Shown here: in pieces, positions 34,034 to 45,790 of the stretch
Layout: the number at the start of each line of letters is the position of its first letter
How positions within the stretch are numbered: the first letter of the stretch is position 1
Assembly: GCA_007224835.1 (NCBI GenBank)
Contig: SRMA01025353.1
Coordinates: 427,535 to 491,534 of the forward strand
Length of the DNA stretch: 64,000 nt
Source: Danionella cerebrum
Lineage: Eukaryota
Direction of reading: 5' to 3'
Translations under genes and position numbers: made by a program
Notes under the pieces: generated by a model
Told to the model about the DNA's origin: nothing
What the model saw: only the letters and a program-made list of their open reading frames with translations
Database searches by the model: none

Positions 34034-35643
34034 CCTGTAGGGGAAATGAAAAATGAAGTTCAGTGAAGGAAGTGAGTAAACGCTGTAACAGCGCACATAT
34101 GAAACCTGGGGGAACAAGGCCGGGATTGAAAAAGAGTATGAAAGAATCCAGATTTCAAAAAAAGAGGGTGTAATCGATGGTCCACGGGTGACTAAAATAG
34201 AAAGACATGCACGCACATACAAAAGCAGAACACCCCAGCCATCTTCTGCCTCATTTAAATATGCTAATGAGCATAACTGTATGGGAAACAATGCACCTTT
34301 TCAGAAACTGAATTAACTGAGCTTTTGATAGTATTTTTTTGGCCTTAACGCAACAAAGAAGAAAAAAAATTGGAGAGTTTGTCTGATGCGGTCGATGTAA
34401 TGAAAAAGGTAGAATTCACAACGAGAAACGCCACACTCGTTTTAGTCACAAGAGCAGTTTGTCAGGGGAATGTGACAAATTAAAAGTCCCTTAAACCTTC
34501 TGTTAGAAGCTAAATTGGACGAGTGCTAGAGCGCTTGTGTTATGTTTAATTGCTTTTTCTATCAGGTTCAAGACCCCGTTTCTTTTATTTCCTGCTCTTT
34601 CACTTTTATTTCAACTTCAGATCCTTTTATTGTCCAATAATACATTAATCTTACCATTTTTATCGTCATAATCAGACATTTTTTCTTTTCCTGTGCATTC
34701 ACACAACAAACTTTGCCGGAAAAAGCTAATCTTCATATTAGAAAACACACATAAAATGTGATGGAAAACAAAATTGTGAAACAAAAATTCAACGGTCCAC
34801 AACATTAAAATGAACAGCATGAATAGATTAGAAACACAGAAGATACCGTAAACTTGCCAAAAATCGACAACAATTGTGAACGGAAAAGGGAAATTATTTT
34901 ATCAAATTTTTAAAAAACAAAAATCCCATAACCCATTCTTTTTAATTGTGACTCCAATATGTATTTCCTGCTCCTTCACTTTCAAATTCATTCAATATCC
35001 GATAATAAATTGATAAATGCAACAATTAATCTTGCTGTTACAATATTTACCATCATGATCATACCCTGTAACTGCGTCATTCACAGATCCTGGATCAGTG
35101 CTAAAGCGACTAAAATGAACATAGGCTTATGCTTCACACAATCAACTATAGGCGTCGCCAAAGAATAAACCAAAAGCAATTAAGAGTACGCCAGACATGA
35201 AGCTTGTGTGGAGAAACGCACATTCCCACGTTCTACTCACTATTAGTAAATCTGACCTTGAGCGTGGAAGCTGATATACGGCAGATATTATGTTGATACA
35301 TGTGTCAGGGATGATTTTACAGCTTCTACGGTTTCTCAAGCTTCTTCACAAGGTGCTTATTGTGATATTTCTGTATCCTATTATGTTGTTACACTCCTAT
35401 TCATGAATTGATCTCTTCAGCTGTTGTTTGGTTTCTAGGCAACGGAGAAATGCAAACACCGTATTACTTTGTTCCCCAGCAACACTGAACATTGGCACAC
35501 CTTTTTTGTTTGCATATGAGCACCTGGCATCCTAAACACCCTCGCAGTTTGGTTGCATACACCGAATCAATCTTGACAGATTACATCTTAAAGCAAAACC
35601 TGTTTCTCGAAGGCGATTTCACAATGCAGTTACTCAGGCTCAC

Positions 35644-35771
35644 CTCTCATTGTCCTGACGAATGTATGTCAGAGGGCCGATCTCCACCCGCGCAATGTTC
35701 GTGTTCTGATCTAAGACATGGATGTAGTGGTGGGGGGGGATCCTGATGATTGAGCCTCCTAGATCTGCTTC
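35644..35771 (-). CDS. mvp: mvp first coding exon (M(M)[42 protein letters not shown])
   Basis: ATG at 35769-35771 (a second in-frame ATG lies immediately upstream at 35772-35774). Donor GAGAG|GTGAGC at 35638-35643. Homologous to the MVP N-terminus [32 protein letters not shown]. Confidence 0.8.
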
Positions 35772-36516
35772 CATCATTCTTACCACTGGCATTCCACTCA
35801 CAGTCTGAAATAGAAACATTGATTATTTTTTTTACAAAGCCGTGTTGCATAGGACTATTTCAGGATCATGGTAAAATAGAGACGTCCTGCTCACAAAGTG
35901 ATTACAAAATAAATTCTGCGACTTACAAAGCTGTCTGCATGCACTTTAAAACCAATAATGTAGAAGTCAGCTACTTTCACGAGCGAACACACCTCAGTTT
36001 CTTATCGATTTTACGACACCGCTGCTACGACTGGTCTGTGGGAGCTTGAGGCAGAGGTTATAACTGATAGATAACATGTGATTAGTGTTTCAGGTTTAAT
36101 TTAGTTTGCAGGTTGCAACATCTGCCTCGTTTTGAGCTACTCAAGGCTTTCATCACTCCCTGAATGACTCTTGGGTAATCTGTGAAACATTTAAAGCAAT
36201 TTTCTAAACACTCTATTCCTATACATTGATTTGATAGTGCCAAAATATGTACCACTGTGTTATCATATTGGTTTCATATACTTAACGAAGGTTTTATTTA
36301 AAAAAGGGAACTATTAAAGAAGTAGGTGAGTAAAATAAATCTAAATATACATTTTGTTAACTTTGTGCATGTCTACTTTAGAAATGCACTGCTGTAAAAT
36401 GTGAACAGTTTGAATAGTTCAAATGCCATAAGAAAGTGTTGGGTGCTTTTGGAAAACAAAGCATTGTTGTACTTGATTTGGCAAAAAAACAAACAAGAAA
36501 AGTAAGTTCTATGCAG

Positions 36517-36517
<1 letters not shown>

Positions 36518-36567
<50 letters not shown>

Positions 36568-36572
36568 CATAA
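36518..36572. repeat. (CAAT)n microsatellite, about 13 units
   Basis: Direct reading: caatcaatcaat.... Confidence 0.95.
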
Positions 36573-38269
36573 ATGACTCAATCAGGTCATCTGCTGTGAT
36601 GTCAGTTGGGAGCTGGCCAAGCTCAATCTATGGCAAGCATTTTTAACATTTCATACACTTTTGACTTCCAATTACAGATATCTACAATTCTAATTTGACT
36701 AGTTACACTCGCAGTAGAGAAATCTACAATGTGATTGTGACTAGACATAACATGCATTGTAGTTATTACCAATGTATATATTTTTTAAGAATTTTTTCCA
36801 TTCATCCTTCCACTTCCACTAGTTGCATCTAATATGGATTATATTTATTTGTTTATTACTAATCCAATGTCTGCATTTTGAATTATGGCTAGGTACAACT
36901 CGGTTGGAAATATCTCAACATTTAGATATATTACATACAATTTGACTCGTCAAATAACAGTTGTGAATGTCTGTGTTTGAGTCAAAACATGAGTTCCTAC
37001 TGGTGCGAAAAAGGGATAAAATGTTAAAACGGCGTGCCATAATCGACCTATGGGTGAATGCGGAAAGGACAGATTACAACATAAACCAATATTGTATATT
37101 TTCTGTTTATAACATTGTCACTTGTACCTTCACTTGTGCAGTAATAATAAATTAAGAGATAGATTAAATAAAGCGTATTTACTTATGAACTTGTGATGTT
37201 ATAATGCAGATATTATTACTGCATCGCAATAGAGCACTACAAACATTATAATTTGTGTTCTTATTCATTTAAACCCTATTCTGCATTGCTTTTCTTAAAG
37301 AGCAAGTCATCGGATCTTATGACTCATCCGTAGCAGCAGTAAAACATTATTTCCTGGTATGGTGACAGCTGTGTCTCTAAGCCTTAAAGTTAACACTGAC
37401 ATAAAATATTTCCACATAAAGTAAACTTACATTTCAGAAGAATGGGTGTTAAACTGGCAGTGCGAGGTTGGCTCTGTCAGTTTCTGAAGCTGTAGAATAT
37501 GAAAACTGCGCAGTGGTTTATAACCAGAGAGGGGTGTGTCGTTCTGGTGAAGCGCATAGTTTCCCGGAGAAGGAGTCACTGGGTCACGTGACTTTCTGTA
37601 TCCAATCATATTTCTAAACATGTTAATTTAATTAAGGCCGTACATCTTTTTTAAGCTGTTGTTACTAAAGTTTTAAACCCAATTTTACAGAGTAAAATTG
37701 TTATATCTTGTCAAAAATGAATCCCATTGAAAATATATTTTACATTTAAATTGGTTTTATTTTACATGATAAATATATTTTTAAATTGTCTGGTCTATTG
37801 TGTGCTATTCCAGTAATGATATTGCTTTTGGGTGTGAAATATTTGCAATGCAAACCCTTTGTAAATGTCTAAATGCCAAAGATAACCTTAAATGCAAAAA
37901 GTCATAGAATCAAAAAGTCAATAATACCTAGAAAGAAAAAAAGATAAGTTGTTTTATTACAGACAAAAAAAACAATTATTCAAGTCTTTATTTCTGGAAA
38001 CTTTGATGTTTTTAGCTCTCCAATTCCTCATGGATGTGAACTATCACTGACACCTTCCTCAAGAAGGGTAAGCCACAAAGTTAATCGCTAAAGAGTGTTG
38101 TGTTTTAGCATATTCTACAGCTGAGTTCCATTTCCATCCCTTAGCCCTTTCACTTTCCTCCTCACCTCTGTTTTGCTAAGGGGTGTCCCAATTCTTTTTT
38201 GAAGAAATAGAAAGGGGTGAGAAAAATGGGTGTGTATTTTTATTAGAACTCCTCATGACATTGGGTGCA

Positions 38270-38345
38270 ATCAGATACATGTCTTAACATTTACATTTAT
38301 GCATTTAGCAGACGCTTTTATCCTAAGCGACTTACAGTTCAGGAG
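38270..38345. repeat. Zebrafish-type interspersed repeat fragment (acatttacatttatgcatttagcagacgcttttatcctaagcgacttacagt)
   Basis: Motif typical of a very abundant Danio repeat family. Confidence 0.5.
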
Positions 38346-38599
38346 TAAACATGCGCTGTTTCTCACAAGGTCGGATAAATCATAAGACATACACATATAA
38401 GACGTTTGAGCTGATACAGAATTTTTTTTTATATTTTTGGAAGGTCTTCCAAAGAAATCTAGATCAGAAAGTTACTACATCAATGTCATTTTATTGTTAA
38501 GCGAAAAAGAAAAGGTGTGGACTACCATCAAAAGGGACAACCGCCGGATTCAACCAATCTAGTAAATAATTTGGAGAGCTTCACATATTTTCATGGAAA

Positions 38600-38837
38600 A
38601 TTTTAATTCTAATTAAATCACGCAAAACCGCAGTTTGCTAAAGGGGTTCACACTGTATAGCAAACTACCCAATCAAAATCCTCGTTACTCATGCGAGCGT
38701 GTTTCTGGTACGTACACTCTCCAATCAGAGAAAGCGATGTTGAAGGTTCTACGCATGCTCAGACGGCATCCGCCGCTCATGTGTTTCTTACGCACGCAGG
38801 CTCCGGTGGAGGTCACTGTGAACTAACTGCGCACTGG
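38600..38837 (+). promoter_or_regulatory. phb: phb promoter and non-coding first exon. CCAAT boxes at ~38659 and ~38722. The leader ends at donor GG|GTAAGT (intron starts at 38838).
   Basis: ccaatca motifs, a CpG-containing segment (ctcatgcgagcgtgtttctggtacgtacactctccaatcagagaaagcg...), and a consensus donor 400 bp upstream of the ATG exon. Confidence 0.5.
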
Positions 38838-39247
38838 GTAAGTGCTTACATTGTTTTACGCTAGCGGTTTTTTTACAATTAGTTTTAGGAATGATTTATA
38901 TCTTACATTTTCATCTTTTTAAGTTCAACGTGTCCGTAGGATCGATGTGTTTGGGAAGAATGCACGGTTACTCGCCAGTTGCATCATTAGCCTGTAGCTT
39001 GCTAAACGATTAAAGTACAACTGTTCACAAGCACGTTTATATTTGTTATGTTTATAATTGCATTATTCAATATCCCGCTAGTGTTTCGCGTGGTTTTGTT
39101 TAGATATAGGAAATCAGGTTAGCACGTTTCATTCATGTCAGGGTCAAGGCTGGCAGCTCGAAGTGGATTCATTTACATTTTTCAGGAATATTTACATGCA
39201 TAACGATCCATAATTAATTTCTTTTCCAGGACTGTCGCATTATTTCC

Positions 39248-39332
39248 ATGGCGAAGCTCTTCGAGTCCATTGGGAAGTTAGGATTGGCCTTGGCCGTTGG
39301 AGGAGGTGTAGTGAACTCTGCTCTGTACAATG
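39248..39332 (+). CDS. phb: phb coding exon 1 ([28 protein letters not shown]-)
   Basis: The exon starts at acceptor cttttccag|G (39230). ATG at 39248. Donor AATG|GTGAGT. Identical in layout to the human prohibitin N-terminus. Confidence 0.9.
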
Positions 39333-39515
39333 GTGAGTTTAGTGGTCCTCATCTGCCTGAAATCTGCTTATTAAATCGTTGGTGTAAAGTATTGACGATG
39401 TAAATTATGACTCCCATTGATATGGCTCTTATTAGTTCACATAAGTAATTCCATTCCAGCGCTTCCATAAGAAAAAAATCGGTTTAAGTTCCTAAAAAAA
39501 GCGTTTCCTCCGCAG

Positions 39516-39677
39516 TGGATGCAGGACATCGGGCGGTGATCTTCGACAGGTTTCGAGGAGTTCAAGATGATGTTGTAGGAGAGGGCACACACTTTTTGAT
39601 TCCTTGGGTACAGAAGCCAATCATCTTTGACTGCAGGTCCCGTCCTCGCAATGTGCCTGTCATAACTGGAAGCAAAG
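39516..39677 (+). CDS. phb: phb coding exon 2 ([54 protein letters not shown])
   Basis: Acceptor tcctccgcag|TG. Donor AAAG|GTACTA. Confidence 0.9.
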
Positions 39678-39794
39678 GTACTAAGACTGTTCTGTTTATT
39701 TTACTGTGGTGCATTAAAAAAAATGATTTTCTGCTCTACCAAAGAAATCTCCAGACTTATTGTTTGGGATAATGGTTTGTTTCTGTCCTCTCAG

Positions 39795-39936
39795 ATTTGC
39801 AGAATGTTAACATCACGCTGAGGATTCTGTTCAGGCCAGTTGCTGGGCAGCTGCCGAGGATTTTTACCAGCATTGGCGAGGATTATGATGAGAGGGTTCT
39901 ACCCTCCATCACAACCGAGGTCCTAAAGGCTGTAGT
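39795..39936 (+). CDS. phb: phb coding exon 3 ([48 protein letters not shown])
   Basis: Acceptor gtcctctcag|AT. Donor GTG|GTGAGT. Confidence 0.9.
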
Positions 39937-40546
39937 GGTGAGTGCCAAAAAAAGACTTGACCGTGTTTAAGCTGCACTTTAAACTCTGTTGTCTCTGCTG
40001 AAAGACTTTGGGCTTCATAATGTTGCATTTTGCGTTTTTTTTTTTTTTTTAATGAGTGCGTTTTGCATACACACATCACACAAAAACATTACATTAAGTT
40101 TTCCTTTAACTCTTAGAAGTCTCTGCACGATTTCAAAATTTTATTTTTGGTTCTAGACAAACATTTGAAGAGTTATGACTTAATTTGCAAGGAAGTTCAA
40201 ATGAAATGTGACTATGCGCAATTTGTCTTTCAGTTTCATTTTAAATCAGTGCCATCTACTGGTGAAAAGGAGGGATAACCCTTGGAAAGTACAAGACCTG
40301 TGATATGGCTTGTGTTTTCCAAAGTTAGGGCACCAGAAAATTGTACAGCAAAACTGTTTAAAATGGCCCGAATTTCTAAGGGTTAAAGCATTTAACCTTA
40401 ACACACTACAAAAAGGGAAAAAAATAACTTTTCTCCTTGTATATTATTTCTCTATATGTGTGTATTAGTAAAATAAATAATTTCCCATTTATCTAAGGCC
40501 TACCGTCTTATGTGTAATGGTTTTTGTGTCTTGTGTCTTGCCGCAG

Positions 40547-40663
40547 GCTCGGTTTGACGCTGGCGAGCTGATCACTCAGAGAGAGCTGGTGTCCAGACAG
40601 GTCAGCGAAGATCTGACCGAAAGAGCCTCCACCTTTGGCCTCATTTTAGATGACGTGTCTTTG
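40547..40663 (+). CDS. phb: phb coding exon 4 ([39 protein letters not shown])
   Basis: Acceptor tcttgccgcag|GCT. Donor TTG|GTAAAC. Confidence 0.9.
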
Positions 40664-40746
40664 GTAAACGCCTTTTTCTTGTCTGTACCACTGTGTTTTC
40701 CTCTCCTGCGTCTCACCACATTTCTCCCCTGCACAGACACATCTGA

Positions 40747-40832
40747 CATTTGGCAAGGAGTTCACAGAGGCTGTTGAGATGAAACAGGTGGCACAGCAGG
40801 AGGCTGAGAGGGCCAGGTTTGTGGTGGAGAAG
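40747..40832 (+). CDS. phb: phb coding exon 5 ([32 protein letters not shown])
   Basis: Acceptor ctcccctgcacag|ACA. Donor AAG|GTACGG. Confidence 0.9.
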
Positions 40833-41976
40833 GTACGGGTGGCATGTTAATTAAACATTAAACATGTAAAAGGCCAACATTTTGATGGATAAACATGGAA
40901 GATTTAAAATAATTTTAGTTCATTATTATTTTAATTCTTTTTCTTTTCAGAAATAGATGGAGGAAGGTTTATCTTTTGTGTTTACATTACAGGTGGACCG
41001 ATACACTTTTTTTCCAAAATTTGACCATCTTGGCACATACACAGATTTTAACTGCTTTGCAAAGCAAGAATGGATTGAAATGTGCAAAATTAACATCTTA
41101 ATAAACATATAAGGAAAATCAGTGCCGTTTTCAATTGTAATGTATGTGTAAAGCGTAGTGCAGCGAATAATATAGTTTAACAAAGAAACAAAATTAGAAA
41201 TTTGTCACTTGTAACTTTAACTAAGAATGTAAATGCCTCTCACAACATTCAAGATTATGTTGAACCCTGTGAAATGAAGCATCATGATCATCATTTTAAT
41301 GCCCTTTTTATATCGTTTTTATATTTGACCTTATAAAAAAGGAGAAATATCGAAAAAAAGAAGGTATTGAATATATATATATAATTTTTAAGGAGGTATT
41401 CAAAATAAATTTATATTTTAACATTAGCATGGTTGTTTCTCAAAAAACATCAAATTCTAAACAAAAAGTATTCTAAAAAGCAGAACAATAACTCAAATAT
41501 CTTATTTATTGTTCACCCTAACGCGTGCCTCACACGCTCTTCTTCATTTTTGCGTCAGTATGCATATAGATGTACAGGGTCGCCACCTGGTGGTCACTTA
41601 TGTAAAAATCCACCACAAACGACGCAATGTTGCGCTGCGAACAGAATCTTGTTCAAGATCCCGGTGTTGCTCCAGTTTATTTCATGAAGCTTGAAACAAT
41701 AGACAGCTAGAATGTTAATAACGACACAAGCATTTTTGTGTTTTTTTTTTCGTTGTGATTTTTTAATTACAACACTCACTTGGAATAAACAAATATTTAA
41801 AATTGCAAAACACCATTTTACTGTCTATTAAAAATGAAAATACATACATTTTCACATTGCTTTGCACTCACTTTAACAGAAAAACAAGAATATTGGGTCG
41901 AATTTTGATTTGTCATCAAACGTGACATTTGTGGAGAAAACGGCAGCTGTAGTTTATCTGATGATTGTGTTCTCAG

Positions 41977-42189
41977 GCGGAGCAGCAGAAGCAGGCAGCC
42001 ATCATCTCCGCAGCTGGAGACTCTCAGGCTGCTCTGTTGATCGCTAACTCTCTGGCAGAAGCTGGCGATGGCCTGGTGGAGCTGAGAAAGCTGGAGGCCG
42101 CCGAGGACATCGCCTTCCAGCTCAGCCGCTCACGCAACGTCACCTACCTCCCGTCCGGCCAGGGGACGCTGCTGCAGCTCCCGCAGTGA
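41977..42189 (+). CDS. phb: phb coding exon 6 ([70 protein letters not shown])
   Basis: Acceptor gtgttctcag|GCG. Stop TGA at 42187-42189. AATAAA at 42259-42264. Confidence 0.9.
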   Translation, partial: AEQQKQAAIISAAGDSQAALLIANSLAEAGDGLVELRKLEAAEDIAFQLSRSRNVTYLPSGQGTLLQLPQ

Positions 42190-42258
42190 CCGGCCCGATG
42201 GCTAGAAACACAGTGACACACTCGCCTCACTTTCTCTCTTCTACCTTTGCTTTTTCAG

Positions 42259-42264
42259 AATAAA
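42259..42264 (+). other. phb: phb polyadenylation signal AATAAA
   Basis: Hexamer located 70 nt downstream of the stop. Confidence 0.6.
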
Positions 42265-43789
42265 GTTTACCTAGAGACCTGAAACTGCTTGTAGGCAAAT
42301 GTTCAAGAGACAAAGATGTGAGCTGTTGTGTTCTCTCCGCTAGCCCACGTTCTCTTTCTGAATGAACGCCACACACTGATTTCAGCACTTGGCAAGAACA
42401 AATCAAGAGGGTGCAACCAAATGTGCTGCAGATTTAAATGTGCTTAAACATTGTTTTCTCCCTTTGAGTCGATTATTGCCCCAAACACACGAATTGAGCT
42501 CAACATATTGCAAAAATAAATTATTGTTCATTGGTGAGTGCTGGGACAGTTTGTGCTGTTTCACTCTTTCCGGAGTCTGTTTATTGTATGTTGCAGAATT
42601 AATGCCTTTGTTTTCCACATGTTGCAAATTAGTCAATAAACTACGGTTTGTTTATATTAAATCAAAACTTGACTTGGGCTTTTTCACTTCATTTTAAAAG
42701 TTTTTTTTTAAACATTGCATTCTGTCAAATCCACAGAGATTCTAAATAGAATTTCATCTTTTTTGTTTAAATCAACATTCTGCAGTGTTAGCATAGCTTA
42801 GCACATGTCATTGAATCCAAATAGACCGGTAGCATCAATGTATAAAATCTTTTTCCCTATTAATACCACATTCCCCTACTTAGAGCTTGATTCTGTTAGA
42901 AATGTGCATCTTAATACTAGCAGAAAATGAAGCGATAACAATATTGGGTGAATTTCTGCACGTTTTACATTGAACTAAAGTTAGTTCATTATAAGCTTAG
43001 AAAATAGATTTGTATCCTGATAAATATTTTAAACACAGTCTTGTAATATCGAAAGATGGATCACCATTTATATAGGAGAAATATGGTAAAAATAAAAATG
43101 TGTATCCGTTTGCTCAAGGTTATATGTTCAAGGTTTTCACTGTAATTTGAAACCTATTCAAAAACTACATTTTATATGACCATTACAAATGTTTAGGTAG
43201 CATTACGAATAAAGCGACTGAGTAAGGAATACGATGAGGAAACACTTAATACTAACCACGCTTTTGTGATAAAATAGCTGTAAGCTACACCCTGGAACTC
43301 CTTATAACCCTTGTGTTCCTCTAAAGAAACCGATTTTGGCTCTTGCAGCTGTGGCTTTACACTTTTTAACTGGTGTTATTGGGAATTATGGCAGAGTGGG
43401 AATACTGGGGCAGATATGTGTCTGGGTGATGTGATTGTCGCATTGTTGCTGACTCAAATAAACACATGCTACTCTCTCAATGCCATGAAAACGTGTTCTT
43501 CCAAACACTGGCTCGCTCCTTGCAACTCTTTTGTTAAGGTCCCTGCGTGATCTGTATCTTGGGTCACTTTGTTGGTGGTATACTCTAAAACACATATTCC
43601 TTGCTAATTTTACACCGTGATGTTGATGAAAGCACATTTTGCACAAAAACACATAGAGCCCTCAACAACAGAGATATTATTTAAAAAGATCAAGCGGTTT
43701 TGGTTCCTCTGTTCGTGTAGATCTTCTGCAATAAACCAATGAAAAATCTATTTTTGTTAGTTTAATTAGGCAAATTTGTCGATGATTAA

Positions 43790-44900
43790 GTTAGTGATAC
43801 AAAGGAACCGGAGCAGACCGTGGCTCAGTCTTCTCGGAGGATGTCTGAAGGACCAGCCCAAGCTTGGAGCAGCTTGCCATGTATAGCGAAGAGTTCTGAG
43901 GCCACCGGTCCGTCACAAACAACACACAGACGTTTTCGTAGAGTTTTTCCACGTGACAAACAGTAAGCCACCACTCAAGCCTAGTTTGTCTTTTTTTAAG
44001 ATGTGTTTTATCCGTTCCCTCCACAACTTGAGGCGCTGGGTTGGAGGGAGAGGGCGCTCGCGTCTCGGGTAAGTACTTCGTCCTCGCTACAAGTTAATTT
44101 GTGATTTTGCATCTATTTAGTGATGACAGTCGTCCGCGTGCATGGAAAGCATCCTCGGAACATCTGTGCAGGTATGGAGCGCTCCGTGCTGCTGACAGCT
44201 GATGCACGACACGGGCTCGTGTTTGGCCGATCTGCAGCTTTTTGTTTGGGGAGAAAACGTGATTATGAATATCTGCTGTTATGCATTTTAATGCATGCGT
44301 GGCATCGTGCAACTAAAAGCTCGGTGAGTTTGCAGATGCGAATGACTAATATCTGAGAATGAGTCGGTTTCGGGGCGTAAAAGTGAAAGTCGTCCACGAC
44401 GCAGATGTTAGCTTGCTATGTGAGCCACGTTCTTATAAAGTCGAGATCTTGCGGACTATTTAGAAGCATGTCGATGAAAATCAGCGCAAACCGACTCAGT
44501 TTAGCAATAGCGGGTGGTGTATCACTGGAGCTCCCACGCAGGAGAGAGCTGTGCTCCCCGGCGGCTTTAGCGGCGCTAGCCGCAGTCTGGCGGCCTGCAC
44601 GCCTGCCTCCCGTCCAACCAATGTTTCCTTCGGGTTAACCCTTTCTTTGCGTCGTTTTCCCTAAAAGTTACTCAACGCCAGTACGACCCAGCACACCAGT
44701 TGCTTCATTTTAAACCAATCTCACATTACAATACGCCATAAATAAGAAGTGTCGCACAATTGTGGTGATATTTATCGTGTAGTGTTTAGTTTGTTTGTGT
44801 TGTGGATGCGCGCGCTAGGCCCCTCAGACCCGACGCTAGCCCGAGCAGCTAGCTCTGCTTTCTGGAGGAGCGTCGAAGGAATTGTGACTTTTGGTGTTCG
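43790..44900 (+). promoter_or_regulatory. znf652: CpG-rich island between phb and znf652. Candidate znf652 promoter and non-coding exon 1, with donor ctcggg|gtaagtac at ~44069.
   Basis: High CpG density (…gcgctcgcgtctcgggtaagt…, …ggcggctttagcggcgctagccgcagtctggcggcctgcacgcc…, …gtggatgcgcgcgctaggcccc…). It lies upstream of the spliced leader exon at 49040-49224. Confidence 0.45.
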
Positions 44901-45647
44901 GGAACTTTTGTCTGTTTTTGTAAAATGTCGTTTTAAACACGTTTGTATTGGTTTTTGTTGCGAGAAATGCGCCCCTTTGTTTTTGTTGTTTTTAATCCAG
45001 GCTAACATTCACAACCTCCAGACTCTTGCTTTGAGAAGCACCAGGTTTTACAGAAGTCTTTTGGTAGTTTTAGAATGGAAACATCTCTATGATTTACCTC
45101 CTCTTGTTTTAGTAGAAATGCATCTAATTGATTATAAATCTAGATAAGTATTTTAAAAATTGAAATGTATTTATTAGTGGAATAACGATACACTACTCAG
45201 GAGACGACACATATCTCGATATCTTCACGATATAATATGTAACGGAGACTCACAATGTTCCGGACATCATGTTATTCCAGATACTCAACCTTTTGTCATT
45301 TTCAGAAATAAATTCTTCCAGGTCAAAGCTCAAAGATTTCTTTTATTTGTCCCTTTTCATAACGACCATCTGAGAGACATTTCATTGTTTTTTTTATTAT
45401 TATTATTTTCTTCGAAATAATTGGTCCAAAACACATTAATCAAGTTTTTTTTAAAGTTCGTAAGACCCTTACCCCAGCGATCTGAAGTGCAATCAAGCCA
45501 GTGTCCAAGCAACAAAACGCTGTATAATGAAAAAATGCTCCAAGTGTGCGGAACATTGTGAGTCTAAGTTAATTAAACAAAATGAAACGGAAACAGCCTT
45601 TTACTTTTGAAATTATTTAAATGTTTAAGCTGTCAACGTCTAAATAA

Positions 45648-45790
45648 AGTTTAAAACCATAACATTACACATCAGGCTCAGTGAGTACCATAGTTTTAAT
45701 CACAAAACAATGAAGTTTAAAACTGTAACATTATACATCAGGATCTATGAGTAACTTTAGTTTTAATCACAAACACTAATAAATTCAAAA
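45648..45790. repeat. Tandem duplication, two ~72-bp units (…aaaaccataacattacacatcaggctcagtgagtaccatagttttaatcacaaa…)
   Basis: Direct comparison of 45648-45715 with 45716-45790. Confidence 0.75.

Noticed and set aside
35647-35850. 67-aa minus ORF overlapping the mvp start region
   Set aside because: Wrong frame relative to the conserved MVP N-terminus ([23 protein letters not shown]). It starts at TTG.
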